DNA of 63,936 nucleotides, filler included, from Olpidium bornovanus S191 (Eukaryota > Fungi > Olpidiomycota): assembly GCA_017911155.1 (NCBI GenBank). It is 32 parts of 32 records of this genome, joined end to end, with 100 filler letters (N's around TTAATTAATTAA, not from the genome) between each part and the next. Parts side by side here need not be neighbours in the genome. Positions count along the whole stretch, not along the records: positions 24,590 to 26,594 come from JAEFCI010001987.1; positions 26,695 to 28,887 come from JAEFCI010005681.1; positions 28,988 to 30,858 come from JAEFCI010011021.1; positions 30,959 to 32,292 come from JAEFCI010004138.1; positions 32,393 to 33,655 come from JAEFCI010000060.1; positions 33,756 to 35,669 come from JAEFCI010010136.1; positions 35,770 to 37,623 come from JAEFCI010006350.1; positions 37,724 to 40,501 come from JAEFCI010001982.1; 24 more parts are not named here. One strand, 5' to 3'. The notes below the pieces were generated by a model. It was not told the origin of the DNA and searched no databases. It worked only from the letters and a program-made list of their open reading frames with translations. Of the stretch, positions 24,590 through 38,519 are shown one piece after another (positions within the stretch are counted from its first letter, which is position 1; every line of letters begins with the position of its first letter). Position numbers and translations under genes: made by a program.

Positions 24590-25659
24590 CATGGCTGACC
24601 AGGTCGTTCCGGTTAGTCATACATCGATGACGATCCCTCATCAATTGCGGCATCGCCGTCCTTTTTGATCTCTCTCAATGCACAGTCAAAGCGACGTCCG
24701 TAACATTCGCGCGTTTCTCCATATTGGACAAGTAGCTCTATTCCGCCACGATGCACGCGCTGAGTCATCCGAACCTGTACCGAGCCGTGTACATCGACGC
24801 CCCTCCGGCGCAAGAGGCAACTGCGATGGCGCAAACTGGTCACAAACGATTGGTCAGCGTGGACAAGGGACGCCCGCCGCCGGCCACCTCTGCCTCCGCC
24901 AGTGCGGAGCAAGGCAAGTTCGAAACGCCGACCGCCAGCACGGGGAATTCCGCGCGGCCGCTGTCTCCACGGACAAACTTGTCGCACGTCCCTGCTGGCC
25001 CGGCAGAGCGCCCCAGCTCGAGAGACCTGGATTTCCTGAACAACCTCATCGTGTTCGCCCTCCGACTGCGGAACGCCGGCCTGTCTGACCACGGCCTGAT
25101 CGTCCACCTCTCCGAGGCGGTGGCGGGTAGCTTGTACGGGACGGGCCACTCGACCATCTACGAGGAGAACGAGGTGTACGCTTTGTCGTTCAAATGGCTG
25201 CTCACCACAAATCCCGTTCGGCCGGGAAGTCGCCGGTCTTCGCTGTCGGGGGATTCGGAGGCGTCCCCGCCCGAATCGTCGCGGCAACGGGAATGGCGTC
25301 GTTCGGCACGCTTCTTGGATCTGCCGCAGCGTTTCACCGAACCCTTGCACGAGCAACAACAATCCCGGCTATCACTCCCGGCGGCACTACCGCGGGCATC
25401 GCTGGAAGCGACCCCGCAGATGTTGACGCCGCCCGTTTACGAGTCGCAGCTCGAGTACTTCTCGGCGTCCAACCCCCTCAACCCGTACTACCTCCCCTGG
25501 ATTATCCGTGCTCTCCTCGGCGACCCGCTGGTTGCGGCCCACCCCGACCTCGCGGCGGAGTTGCAGGGTATAATCCAGCAGTTCCGCGACTGGGAGCCCA
25601 AGGAGAAGGCCCTGAGAGATTTGAAGTACAGGCTCGAGCCGCTCAAGAGCCACCTATAA
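24590..25659 (+). CDS. Conserved fungal protein, YML020W-like, C-terminal part
   Basis: FALRLRNAGLSDHGLIVHLSEAVAGSLYGTGHSTIYEE...NPYYLPWIIRALL...WEPKEKALRDLKYRLEP matches my recollection of this uncharacterised fungal family. Confidence 0.65.
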
Positions 25660-28600
25660 AGCCGGTCGGTCGCGCGGCTGGTCCCCATCCCCGTCGCGCT
25701 CGCACGTCCTGTAAATCCCCCGCGTTCTCCCTCGGATTGCGCCTGTTGCGTAGACGCAGTTCGCGTCTATACGCATCCCACTCACATTCCATGTCCCCGC
25801 GCCCATGGCCTTATCCCGGCCGCCTCGCACTTCTGCATACCTCTAATGGACTTACAAGTGCTATACATGTTGTTTTACCACTTTCCCCCCATCTTCCTCT
25901 CCCGGTCGAAGAGGTCCCCATCATCTCCCATTAATAATATAAACCACACTTTGCGAAACAATCCGCGGCAAACATTTCTTGTTTTTCCTTTTTTTTTCAC
26001 AAAAACAATGTGAAAGAAGCGGACAGGCTGTGGGAAGGTCTTAAGTCCGTGAGTTCTCACATGAAATCTCAAACCCCCCAGACACGGTTACGCCGGTGGA
26101 GGTGTCCGTCAGGCCTGGCGGCTTTGATTTGGCCGTTGCCCTTACCGACGCCGCATATTGGTGAAATCTAGTCGGGTGTCGGCCGAATGCTGCGTGTAAG
26201 TCATGGAAGCGCTGGAAATCCACCCTGCGGTAAGCCTTCGGTGAACCCATCTGTTAAATTGAGGGCTCGGCGACCGTCCGCAAGTGCACCACTGGTCGCA
26301 GGTGCCATTCAAAGTGGCGGCGAATTGCAATGTTCGTGGACCGTTTGCCGTGGTGCCAGGCGTATTGCCACATAATTCAACATGTGGAGCGAAAGACGGG
26401 GAGGGGAGAGTGGGTACTTGTCGGGTGCCCGTCGAGCAACAAACTGCTGCGGTTCATCGGGGGGTTCGAGTCTTTACCTGTTGGACGCGAAAACGACAAT
26501 CGAGAAAGGCAGTATACCTTCGGCTCGGCCTTCCGGGACAGTAGACGCGTCCTGGAAGAACTAATATATCATTCCATCTGTGTGAGAAAAGGGGNNNNNN
26601 NNNNNNNNNNNNNNNNNNNNNNNNNNNNNNNNNNNNNNTTAATTAATTAANNNNNNNNNNNNNNNNNNNNNNNNNNNNNNNNNNNNNNNNNNNNCATGTT
26701 ATGTTGAGAGAGGTGAAAATCGTACAAAAGGCACAAGCTGATGCCAATAAAACGCAGGATAGTTTAAGATTAGTGGGTACTCTACCAGTGAATGGGGATG
26801 TAATTTCTTACAACTTGACATTTTTTTTACATATTCTTTACCACTTTCTTGCAAATTTCGAAAGATGAACGATGGAAAAGGTTGCAGGAATAAACATCTC
26901 CCCCAAATTATACAGCGTCAAAAAAAGGTTAGCCTGCCGCTATCACGTAAATTGCCAATACATACCAGACTGCGAGCGTCCATCCTGGCGTTACTCCTCT
27001 GGTCGGGCTCCTGTCTAAAATGTACTTATGGCCAAGCCTAGCCAAGGACGCTTGCCCCTGGTGTGTATCGTGGAACCCCTGCCATAAGTATAAGAGAGGA
27101 GGCCGACAGCCAGGCATGCTACGCCCGCTGCCTGTGCCTGAAGCAAGCTTCCCTGACCTTGCTATGAACCAGTTCACCCATTGGTGGATACAATCGCACC
27201 CTGCTCGTCGTAAACCAGCTCACCAAACTTGCGCGGCTCGTTCCCGCTTGAGAAAACGACAGGATACCTATAAATGCCGATATTTTGGCCGCACTACGGT
27301 GTAGTTCCGAGGATACTCGATATTTCGAATGTTCAGCGCAACACATGGAAAACCCAGGAGGGAACCGCACATTACATCGTAGCGTTCGCAATTTAAAGAC
27401 CGATTATTCCTATCTGAAAGAAAAAATAAAAGCGAAACGTAGCAACGTGATGGACGGAACCGGAAACAAGCTACGAGTGATGGTGACCACGATGCGACAA
27501 TTCAATTTTCCGCGACGGCGCGACCAAGCAAGCGGGAGGAGGAAGCTACCGTACGTCGTTTTCGGCGGCGGCCGTCGACGGCCCCGACTCGGTCTCGGCG
27601 ACGTCGGGGCGCAAATTAGAGTGGGGAACGGAGATTTCTGTGACGGTGCGGTGCGACTTTCGTTTCTGTCTCAGTCGCGACGACCATCGGGTTTTGGCGC
27701 CTGACGGGCCGACTGGCGCATTGGCTGGGATGTTTGTTTTGGTTTCGGCGTCGGCTTCGACTTCGTCTTGAACGACGCATTGCGCGACTTGGGCTTCCGC
27801 GCGCGACGGGCTTACAACTCGAGGAGTGCGGAACCTCTGAACATTGTCGGCGGAGCGTTCTCAAAGGCGGAATTGCGCCTCATCCTGGCGCCACGGGATT
27901 GAGAAACGTTGATGATCTCGTTTATGATGTCCGCCGACTGGCGTGCTGCGCGGAGCAGCGCCTGGCACAGAAACAGAATTCGAGGCGAGCCGTCGAGATT
28001 GTGCTTTGAAAGTTGGCTGAACTGGGGCGTTGGGAGAAATTTCGGCATCGACAACCGGGACATCCTCAGGCAGGCCGACGAAGCCCGAGGTCAGCAAAAC
28101 TATATCATTCACGAAAGTTTGTAACACGGATCGCACCAAAGGTTGTAAGGACCCCGGAGATCACAATACTGCGCGTCCGACGGTTGAAATAGGAAGATCG
28201 CGGAGTCGTTGACGGGGACGTCGAAACTTTCTGGGGGAGACACGAACGTCGCAACCAGTGTTGCGGCCGTGCTCCTTCGCAATGACAGCATACAATAAGT
28301 CTGGTCGGGGGACCCAGCGTTTAGAAACCGTCATGATAATTGAAGGAACTTGATGAGATGACGGCGTTTTGCAAGTCGCTTGCCCCACGTAACACCGTCA
28401 GCGGCTTGCTGGCCAGCTCCGAAAGCGGCGTTGTGATGAGCATCTTTAAACCAAAACTCGAATGACGCGCGCGGCACGCGCGTCAGCGGGACAGGCATAA
28501 CCTATAACGAAGAGCCGCGCGGGTCAGCAATCGCCAGACGGGCCAGTTAGAGCGAGGAACTTTGAGCGGAGCCAGGAACGTAAAAGAAGAATTCTACGCC

Positions 28601-28723
28601 ACGGCGCGGGAAGCCCATTTGACGTCGCGGCGGTACACGGCGACGGCCAAACGGCGAGGGCGACGGCGAAAAGGGGAGCAAAGCTTTCGCGTTTTGCTTT
28701 TCTTCTCCGCTCCCCCCCTCCCG

Positions 28724-28808
<85 letters not shown>

Positions 28809-29092
28809 GCTTTGATACGTTGTGCACCCGTGCGCAAGGTATTATTTTGCGCACCCCCGCGGCTACGCCGCAGAAACCACCACACCCNNNNNNNNNNNNN
28901 NNNNNNNNNNNNNNNNNNNNNNNNNNNNNNNTTAATTAATTAANNNNNNNNNNNNNNNNNNNNNNNNNNNNNNNNNNNNNNNNNNNNCTCCACGGGCGCC
29001 GGCGCCCGGGGGTGGAGAACCAGGCTAGTGCGCACGTCCACGCCCCGCCGGCCACCGGGGAGGAAACGGGGGGGGGGCAGAAGTCGGGGCAG

Positions 29093-29128
<36 letters not shown>

Positions 29129-29207
29129 CGGGGACCGGGAAAACCTTCGCACGCGTGCCTTCCGGCCGCGCCGCGACACGCGGTTCGGACGGAGGGGATG
29201 GGACGCA

Positions 29208-29648
29208 CCTTCCGCGTACACATACGTTGCCCAGTTACCGCGCACGTGCGGCACGCTCCTGACCCTCCCAGCGTAAAGGCCTGCGTCCGCTTGCTTCGTT
29301 CTGCCCCGTCGTGACGCGTTAACCCCGCCAGAAAAAAAGGCGGACTACAGTGTCCCTCCATTCCAGCAGACTTTGCGCCCACCTTTTGGTCGAGCCCTCG
29401 GACCCCGTTCCCTCCTTCCCAGTTGCCTCGGCCGGCCTTTTGCATGAGCACGACGCCGTCCCGCCGGCTACCTTTCGAGTTTGGTGGCCGCGCTGCAGCC
29501 TTGGGGCGCTGGCGCAACTTTCCTCAGCGGTGTTGTTCGACGGGCGGGACGGGGAAGCCGACGGAGAGGGGGAGAGAGAGGGGGAGGGAGACGCCGTCTG
29601 CGAGGACGAGGACGACGAGGAGTAGACGGCCAGACCGGGGAGCGACAT
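29208..29648 (-). CDS. USB1: U6 snRNA phosphodiesterase Usb1/Mpn1, N-terminal exons (partial)
   Basis: The start MSLPGLAVYSSSSSS and the later exon GRVRSVPHVRGNWATYVY match the USB1 signature GR.R..PH..GNW.T.VY. A GT donor follows at 29207. Confidence 0.8.
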
Positions 29649-30619
29649 GGTTACGCCTCTACTCTCCGCCCGGGCGAACGGGGCGCGGCGAGACGCGAGG
29701 GAGTCGCGCCAGGCGGTAAATCGAAGGCGGTAAATTGAAGAGACAGAGGGCGTTGTTGCGTCGTAGAATCGATTTAAACCGACCCCCGCCCTTTTTCGCT
29801 TCCCCGGCAACGCCTTCCGCGTTTATGTGTACGTATATATATACATACATCGTCGGCTGCGGCGCATCAAAAGCGGCAGCGGCGCATCAAAAGCGCCAAC
29901 GACGAACGCGCAGCTGCTGGAAGCGCTGCCTTGTCGCACGGAGCACGTCACGTCAAAACGGCGTGCAGAGGTCTTCTGGCGCCGAAAAATAAGTATACAT
30001 ACGCACGTTGTCGCGGGCGAAATTCCCGCATGCGGCACGGTACTTCCTTTCGACCAAGATTGACGACTTGCCGGGGAAGTCTGCCGATGTACCGAAGACT
30101 TTTACGGAGAACGAACCAATCTCATCGAGGCTCACTTGGACTCCGGCGGAAACGTTCACCTTCCGAGGATGCGACGATCGACTGTGTGCTGTATGAATCG
30201 CAGCGTCGGAGGATGACTCCACCGGCATGAGAGCGAGCTCTGGCGCACTTGGGCTAGGGACGAAAATCGCCGTGTTTTCGATTAGTCCGGGGTCCCGCTG
30301 TGCGTGCACCTGCGTATATAGATAACGCGGAGTCGGTGCGTTTCCGCAGCCCCGGTGCTTTGGGGCGCCGGCGCCTTCTGGCACCCTCGGGCGCACAGGC
30401 ACACGTGTACAGCCGCAGGTACAACATCATTTAAGAATTGGCGATTCGTTTTCGTCGGCAGGCGAGAACGGAGATCCGCCGCGCCACGCACGCCCTGCCT
30501 GCGCCGCGGCCGGGCGCGGGTGGCGGCGTGTTGGGGGAGATGCGGGGGCTGGCGGGGACGCGCGTTGCGTAGTCAGTCATGCGCACGTGAGGCCAGCGCC
30601 TCTCTGTGTGTCTCTCGGG

Positions 30620-30858
30620 GGCGGGCGGGCGGCAGCTAAGCCCCCTTCCCCGGAGGAAGAGGAGCAGGAGGAGGACGAGGACGAGGAGGAGGAGGAGGAG
30701 TACCAGCGGGAGGAGGAGGAGGACGACGACGACGACGACGAGGACGACGACGACGACGACGACGAGCACGAGCAGGAGGAGAAAGAACGAGAGAAAATAC
30801 CTCCGTCCCGTGGCTCGCGCCTCCTAGGAGGACGGGCAAAGCAGAAGTCCATTTCTCC
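30620..30858 (+). repeat. GAG/GAC trinucleotide tract, probably encoding an acidic (E/D) low-complexity region
   Basis: (GAG)n and (GAC)n runs translate as EEEEQEEDEDEEEEEEYQREEEEDDDDDD. Confidence 0.55.
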
Positions 30859-30963
30859 NNNNNNNNNNNNNNNNNNNNNNNNNNNNNNNNNNNNNNNNNN
30901 NNTTAATTAATTAANNNNNNNNNNNNNNNNNNNNNNNNNNNNNNNNNNNNNNNNNNNNAGGCG

Positions 30964-31050
<87 letters not shown>

Positions 31051-32392
31051 CGCGTTGGTGGGAATGACACCAAGGCGACGGCAGGTCACGTGATTGGCCG
31101 TCTTTTTGCCGCCGTCCCTCCCCTGCCCCCGCCGGAGAACAAACAACCCCCCCGCCCCCCCCCCAACAGCCCCCGTCCCCCGGCCCGCGCTGTCTCTGAA
31201 AGGCCCCGCTGCCCCGCATGCGCGGCCATTCCGCGGAGGGCGGCAGTCCGGCCCTCACGGCGGCACTGTTCCCTGGAGCCGCCGGAGAGGACGTTGCAGT
31301 ACCTCCGCCTTCAGAGGCTTATGACGCCGCCGAAGCCGCCGGCGCCGCTCGCACGAGCAGTTGCGAGCCGCTCCAGCGCAGCCTCGCGGCCGCAACCTGT
31401 CCGCCGAACGAGCGTCCTGCCACCGGACTCAACCCGGATCGCTCGCCGCCGCCGAACGCCCCCGCGGTTGGATTGTGCGCCATCTCCGCCCCCGAAATCG
31501 GCCAAGTTGAAGCAGTAAATGGCGATTCAAGGGGCGCGGCCCCCACGTCAGTCGCAACGAGCTTCCTGACGCGAACGCTGGACGTTGGCGAGCCAGCCGG
31601 CGAAACGCGTCTTGAGGGCGACGAAGCGCACAAATTTCAAGCTCTTGGTGCCCGTTCTGACCCGGGAACTAGCCTTGCCCCAGGTTAGTGCTGCGGCAGC
31701 GTTTTTGTCGCCAGCGGAACGCGACGGAAACTCAAGAATCGTACCTTCCGCGTCTCATGCCTCTCTTTCGGTCGTAAATTTATACATTAGCTGTTTCGCT
31801 TCCAGCGGCCCCGTCCCTAAGTCCGCATGCCTCCGATGTGCTCGCCGGCGATGGATCCTCTCAAGACCATCCCGCTCGATCCCGTTTCTTGAAACTTGAA
31901 CGCGTCCCCACCCTGCCGTTCAATATTCCAACAGCCGCCTCGCCCTCCGTTGTTGCCTCCGCGGAACAGAACCTCGCAAAAATGATGCCATTAGAAGTTG
32001 CCTTGTCGGAGGGCTTGCTCAACGAGGACGCAGTTGGCTGCGCGAGCGCCAACGTCGACCCTGTTTCCGAAGATTTTGACCGGGCGGTTGTGGGGGAGGC
32101 AGAGGAAGCCCCAAACGTCAGTGCGCGTCTACCCGAAGAAGAGGCGCGCAGTGACGGCGGCGTTAATGTCACCTTCACTCAAGAAGAGGAAACTCACCGC
32201 GACAACGTCGCGTATGCCGCCGACGAAGGATGCGACGTTCTGAAGATACTCGCTAATATGATGAAAGAACGTTCAGAACACTATGCGCATGANNNNNNNN
32301 NNNNNNNNNNNNNNNNNNNNNNNNNNNNNNNNNNNNTTAATTAATTAANNNNNNNNNNNNNNNNNNNNNNNNNNNNNNNNNNNNNNNNNNNN

Positions 32393-33388
32393 GTAGAAGC
32401 AGCCCTTTCGGTGAATACCGGAAGCAACGTGAACCGGAACAGGTGACGGTGGGGGAGAAAGGGGGAGAATGATCTCACGCACAGATGTGGTGAACACGGT
32501 CCCGTCTTCCATGACCTGGAATCCGACTATGCCGTTGATCAGAAGCATCCAAAAGGCCGCGGCAATAAGCCCGATGTGTATCGCCGAGGAGTACTGGACG
32601 CCAAGAAATTCTGTGCTCAGTCAATTTGCTGAACACTTTTTTGGAGCCGAACTTCGCGCTCATTCCACGTCCCTCCCGCACTCCTTCCCAACCCTCTCTC
32701 ATCTCTCCTTTCCTCCCCCTCCTCCTCCTTCCGCCCCCGCCATTACCCCCACGGCTCACCACCAGCACCGGTGACGTTCGGGTGAGGAAGTCGCCTGTGC
32801 TGAGAATCTGGGCAATCATGATGAGGAGATACCACAAGAACAGTATATTCATCTCTTTTCTCCCTGGGGGTTTTTTTTTTGTTTTTGCACGGACCCGCCC
32901 CACACCCAACCCCCCACACCGCAGCGGGGACAAGGTCAGCACGCTTCCCCGTCGCGCGCGCGGGCTACCGTCAAACTCGTTGAGGGTGGAGGCGGGCAAA
33001 TAAAGGGCGACCGTAGACTCACCGACGGCCGCGAACTTTGTGTACGTCCGGAACATAATGAGAAAGGTCAGGAGTAATGCCACGCCCGCAGCGACGATGT
33101 CACCTGGGTGACGCGGAAGTGGGTTGGTGGCGCGGGGGGAAGGCAGGCAAGATTAGATTCGCGGCGGCTTTCCGGCGCGAAGATTTCCTTGAAATGGGCG
33201 GTGAGTGTGGGGGAGGGGGGGGGGGAAAAGGCCGGCGCGTTCGACAAACCGAGATTCCCAATCGAAGCGTTCTCGGACACCGTCACCCGCCGCGTCGCGC
33301 ATTCCGGCCCCGGCAGATTCATAATGTTGCATATCGGCAGCCGTACTGTCCGGCAAAAGCTGGCGAAGTCGCCGAATTGCAGGTCCAT
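32393..33388 (-). CDS. CHS7: Chitin synthase export chaperone Chs7 (spliced, 3' truncated)
   Basis: MDLQFGDFASFCRTVRLPIC...PECATR; FLIMFRTYTKFAAVG|RKEMNILF; IHIGLIAAAFWMLLINGIVGFQVMEDGT. These match the Chs7 motifs FGDF..IC, K..AVGRKE and L.NG.VGFQ..EDGT. Confidence 0.9.
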
Positions 33389-33755
33389 GGCGGCCGGTTC
33401 TGCTGTCGCCCCGGATCAGAGAAAAGCCGGGGGGGAAAGTTTCGCGCTCCTCAGTGTCAGAGAGACGGAGGCCCGACCACAAACGGAGAAAAACGTGTCG
33501 TGGGGAATGAAGCGGAAGGGTGGGGTTTGGGGGCGGGCGGCCGGGTTGCGTTCCATTTGTTTTTTTTTTTCAGGCGTGGTGCACGGTTTCGTTATTTGTA
33601 TTTTGCGTGGTTTTTGCTGGACGCAGAAAGAAGGGAGGCTGCGAGAGTGGGAAGANNNNNNNNNNNNNNNNNNNNNNNNNNNNNNNNNNNNNNNNNNNNT
33701 TAATTAATTAANNNNNNNNNNNNNNNNNNNNNNNNNNNNNNNNNNNNNNNNNNNN

Positions 33756-35178
33756 GCAACGCCGCGAGGTAAAACTATTTTTTGTCGTTCCCTTGGCCGG
33801 AAAGTAAGGCGTCGGCCCCCCCGGAAAAGGACGTTTGTACCCACACACAAAAAAAAGGAAATTAGAGGTGAGGCCTTTTATCCCTCGCTGTCCCTCGGTT
33901 CTGGATTCCCCCGACACGCGCGAACAGGCAAGAGAGGAGGGGAAAGGGGGGGATGTGGGAGGGGAGAAACCTTTGTCGATTCCACGTACGTGGTATCCGG
34001 CGAAAGCCATAATGACCGCGACCGCCCAGCCCACGAGCGCCCACATCGCCGTTGACCAGGTCCGCCACGCCGGGATCGACGTCTTCGCGAACGGCAGCTC
34101 GACGAGCAGCGAGAACCCGACGACGCCCACGAATATTGACGTCAACACGATCCAGCTTGGAGGTTAAAAAGAAAAGAAAATAATTTCCCGCCGGGATTCC
34201 GGTGTAATATAGCCCCTGTTTCAGTCCCGGCGCGCGCAAAGGCAATTTATCCTTTCCGAAGCGAGCGTCAAAAAAAAACATTGGCCCCTCTGCCCTCCTT
34301 TCAGGCAGCTTACTTCAGCGTCGCGGCGTAGTTCCCGAACACGAAAAGGATCGTGTTGTACGCGGCGCACTGCAGCATGTCATTGTAATGTCTGTTGGCG
34401 AAGCGACCCTGGGATCATGTTTCCTAACGTTCCGGAACCGGCCTGATTTTGGAGGTCGCCCTCCCCCTTTCCCCCTCCCCCCCCTTTTTTTCCCGCGAAA
34501 CCTTGTCGCAGAAAAAAGAAATCAAGTCTGTTTTTCGGGTGTTGGTGATGGTGGTGGTGGGGGGAGGGGGGAGACCACCTACTTGGACTCTGTCTGGCGC
34601 ATGTGTCATTATCAGTAGTGCACGCGCCTTTATTTTTTTTTTCTCGCCGGATTCGTCGAGTAAAACGGCCCCGCCGGGCGTACCTTGCGGTGAGCTTCCC
34701 AACGGAACTTGCTGTCCGGGGGGGCCAGAAGAAAGAATATGTCGGCGTATCAGCGTCGGCCGCGGTTTTCTGTCCCCGCGCGAGCTTACGCCGGCGGCTT
34801 TCGAAGACTGCCGGGAAGGTGACGAGAAGGGGGCGAAACGGGGCCTCACTAGGCGAGAAACCTGTGGAGCGCTGCGTGCGCGTGCGCGTGTGCGTGTGCG
34901 TGACGGGCGGGGGAAAGCGGACAAGGGGAGAGTTTGTCGACTGAATCAGGCGGTGAGCCGTTGCGCGCGCATCCCGGGGCAATCCGGCTTCAGATCACGT
35001 TTTTCGGGAGACGCGAGAACGGGCGAGTTTCCTGCTTCCGGGCGCAGCGCAGAAGGGAAGGGGGAGGGGGAGGGGCCAACGCACGGTACGGGACGAGCAG
35101 CGATCCGGCCATAAACACCGCCCAGGTGGCAAGATCGAAGGAGACCAGGACCGGGACTTGGTAGGCTCCTGCGGTCAT
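33756..35178 (-). CDS. Multi-pass membrane protein, family not identified (spliced, partial)
   Basis: Hydrophobic exons with GT/AG ends: MTAGAYQVPVLVSFDLATWAVFMAGS, DMLQCAAYNTILFVFGNYAATL and WIVLTSIFVGVVGFSLLVELPF...WALVGWAVAVIMAFAGY. Confidence 0.5.
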
Positions 35179-35221
35179 CTCATTTGGAGTGGGGAGGGGC
35201 GGGAGGGTGTCGCAGGGGGTT

Positions 35222-35446
35222 CCCTCTCTCTTCTCTCTCTCTAGAGCTCTCTCTCTCTCTCTCTCTTTTTCTCTCTCTCTTTCTCTCTCTCTCTTTCTCT
35301 CTCTCTGTCGCGCGCGCCTGCGTTCGTTCCGCTGGCGGCGGGCGGCGGCGAGCGGCGGCGGGCGGTGGAAACGGGAGCGGGGCGAAAGACGAGAGAGAGA
35401 GAGAGAGAGAGAGAGCAGAGAGAGAGAGAGAGAGAGAAATCAGAGA
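35222..35446. repeat. (CT)n and (GA)n microsatellites in inverted arrangement
   Basis: A CT tract at about 35222-35306 and a GA tract at about 35389-35446 flank a GC-rich core. Confidence 0.8.
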
Positions 35447-35515
35447 CTGAGGAAAAAAAAAAAACGTGTTGGTTGTCCCGCCCCCCCCCCCCCCCCCCCC
35501 CCCCGGGGGGGGGGG

Positions 35516-35560
<45 letters not shown>

Positions 35561-35587
35561 GGAAAAAGTTGGGGGGGAAAAAGGGGG

Positions 35588-35667
<80 letters not shown>

Positions 35668-35769
35668 AANNNNNNNNNNNNNNNNNNNNNNNNNNNNNNN
35701 NNNNNNNNNNNNNTTAATTAATTAANNNNNNNNNNNNNNNNNNNNNNNNNNNNNNNNNNNNNNNNNNNN

Positions 35770-35867
<98 letters not shown>

Positions 35868-35914
35868 CCCCCCGCCTCCGATAACGGCAAGGCCGATAAT
35901 ACTCGGCGGAGCAG

Positions 35915-37623
35915 ATGATCAGTTCGCCGCGGCTGATGGCCGGCGGGGCCGGCCAAAACGGCGCCGCCTGCTACGCCGGATCCGGAGCCCTTGCCGCTCG
36001 GAACAATAGCAGCCCGCAGCGGGGCGAACTCGGAACCACGGCGCATCACGTCAGCGGCGGGGGGGTTATCGCCCCGCCTGCGAAGCAGCTCTCCATGTCT
36101 CGAAATCCCTCGTCCCTCAGGTCGCCGCCCGCGCTTTTCTCCGAGCTCGACGGTCGCCATCGTGACTCGCCTCCGTGTGCTGGCGCGGCCGCCGTCGACG
36201 AGCGTTTCCGAAGTTGCAGGCCGACGAGAGCTGAACCCGATCTCCGGCCGCTGAGGCAGGCCGAGAACGGTGATGCCGGCGGCAGCGTCGCGACGGTCGC
36301 GGTCGACGACCGCGGGCCATCGGGAGGAGGATCCGAGCAGTGCGGAACTGCAGTTCCTGGAAGGGCGAACGCAGGGCCGGCGATAGGTGCATAATTTTTC
36401 TCTGCAGGAGAACGGGCGGGTTTTCCTGGTTTCCGTTCTCGCGCGCTGACCGCCTGGTCCCCTTTTTTAATTTTTTTTTTTTTGTTCTTTTTTTTTTGTT
36501 CTTTTTTTTTGTTCTTTTTTTTTGTTCTTTTTTTTTTTTATTTCGCTGCAGTGGGCGTTGACGACGCCGACGACTATGCACGAAGCGGGGCCTGCGCTCC
36601 GCGCGCTTCACCCGGCGGTCTCCGGCGACAGCCGTCGCCGGCTTGGAACGGTCGCGGCAGACAGTGGTCCGGGGAGCGGTCGGTCGACAGCTCGCCGAAG
36701 CCGCGGTGGGCGCCTAACCAGCACCCCGACCGTCGCGCTTTCCCGCCCGCCGCGCCGAACCAGTATCCGTCGCCAACAACGCAGCAGCCGCCGCCGTATT
36801 CCGCCCGTTCCTTCGGCGATCCGGAGGCCGGGCAGCCGTTTTTGGTTGTTTCCCGCGTCGAAGGCGGCATCGCCCAGAGCCCGCCGACGCCGCCGTCTCC
36901 CATGACGTCGGCACGGCTCTTTGCGTCGGGAATATACCGCCGGACCCTGCGGCCGCTGGTGTCGCGGAAGACGGACTCTGCGAAGTTCGTTGCGTACTGC
37001 ATGTTGTGGTACTCCAGCTCGGCGATCACCAACAACATCGGCAAGCAGATCCTGAATCAATTCAGATACCCGGTGACGCTCACCTACGTGCAGTTCGGCT
37101 TCGTCGCCGGGATGTGCTTCTTGTTCTCTCTGGCGCCCAGGTCGATGGGCGGCTGTTCGCCCTCGCCGTCGTCCGCCTCCTCCGGCGTTCCGTCCTCTCC
37201 CGCCGGGCGATCGGGAGCAACCAAGAACTACTCCTTCCCGGCCCGCGTCTCCACATCAAAGCTTCCGACTTCGACGCTGCGCTGCCCGTCACGGGCGACG
37301 GTCACGGCGACCCTGCCGCTCGCCCTTTTCCAGATCGGCGGTCACGTCTTTTCGACGGTGGCGATATCGCGGGCGTCGGTCTCCTTTGTACATACCATCA
37401 AGGCGCTGTCGCCGCTTTTTACGGTGCTCATCTACCGATCGCTCTTCCGGGTGTCGTACTCCAGCAAGGTGTACATAACGCTGCTCCCGCTCACCTTGGG
37501 AGTCATGCTGGCGTGCTCGTTCGAATTCAACGTGGACCCGCTGGGCTTCGCGTGCGCCCTCGTCAGCTGCATCATTTTCATCAGCCAGAACATTTTCAGC
37601 AAGCATCTGCTGTCCAGGGACGC
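35915..37623 (+). CDS. Triose-phosphate transporter family protein (Sly41/SLC35E1-like), 3' truncated
   Basis: LWYSSSAITNNIGKQILNQFRYPVTLTYVQF...FQIGGHVFSTVAISRASVSFVHTIKALSPLFTV...LLPLTLGVMLAC...QNIFSKHLL. Confidence 0.93.
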
Positions 37624-38519
37624 NNNNNNNNNNNNNNNNNNNNNNNNNNNNNNNNNNNNNNNNNNNNTTAATTAATTAANNNNNNNNNNNNNNNNNNNNN
37701 NNNNNNNNNNNNNNNNNNNNNNNCATGCAGTCCTGTTAAATACGGGGTCGTGCGTGCATTTTTTTTTTTTCCTCGGGACGCGTGATTTTTGCCGCAAGGG
37801 CGACGCGCGCGGACGGGGTGGCAAAGTCGTCTGCCGTGACTCGAGGATATTTTTTTTGCCGAGGGCAATTGAATCCGTTTAATCCCTGGGTTCGCCCTTT
37901 TCCGTCCACCATCCTTCTCCCCCCTCCACCCCTCTCTCCCCCCACAAAACAAAACAAAATAAAAAAAAAATAAAAAAGAAAAGAAAACCGCCTCCTTCTC
38001 ACCGTGCTCGGAAACAAAGAAAAGAAAGCGAGCAGAAAGGGGGGAAAGGGGAAGGGCGTTTTGCGGATGTGACCGTGCGAAACCAACTGAGGGGGGTCCT
38101 TGCTCTTGGCGCGCGCTTCTGCGACTTTGAACCTGTTGCTTGTCGAAGCTGACTGCGGCGTGTTGAACAAAGTTTGAACCTCCAATCCCCCAAACCAATG
38201 TGGAAAGCCTGGCCCGACTCCACCTCCCAAACCTTCAAAGATAATTGGTGGCGACGCCATGCGCTCATCTCACGTGTGCCACATAGACTTCAGTTTACCA
38301 AATATATGGCAAACGGCGAAACGCGGTCTTTTAGTTCCCGGAGCCAAGAGCCGCGCAGACTCGAAATACGGTGTTAAGGCTGAGAACAAGATTTCGTTCC
38401 TAAAGTTGGGTGGTCGACTACTTGGCCATAAGCATGTCAAAGATGACGAACAGTATCGTACGTGGGGAAGAAGATTGCTGGGGAGGGGAAGGGATGCGGG
38501 AGCGGACGATCTTGGAAAA

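Noticed and set aside
26400-26480. tRNA suggested by GGGGTTCGAGTC (T-loop-like)
   Set aside because: No acceptor stem, D-arm or anticodon arm could be built.
27285-27420. Small GTPase suggested by YFECSA
   Set aside because: No P-loop, DTAG or NKxD motifs in the adjacent frames.
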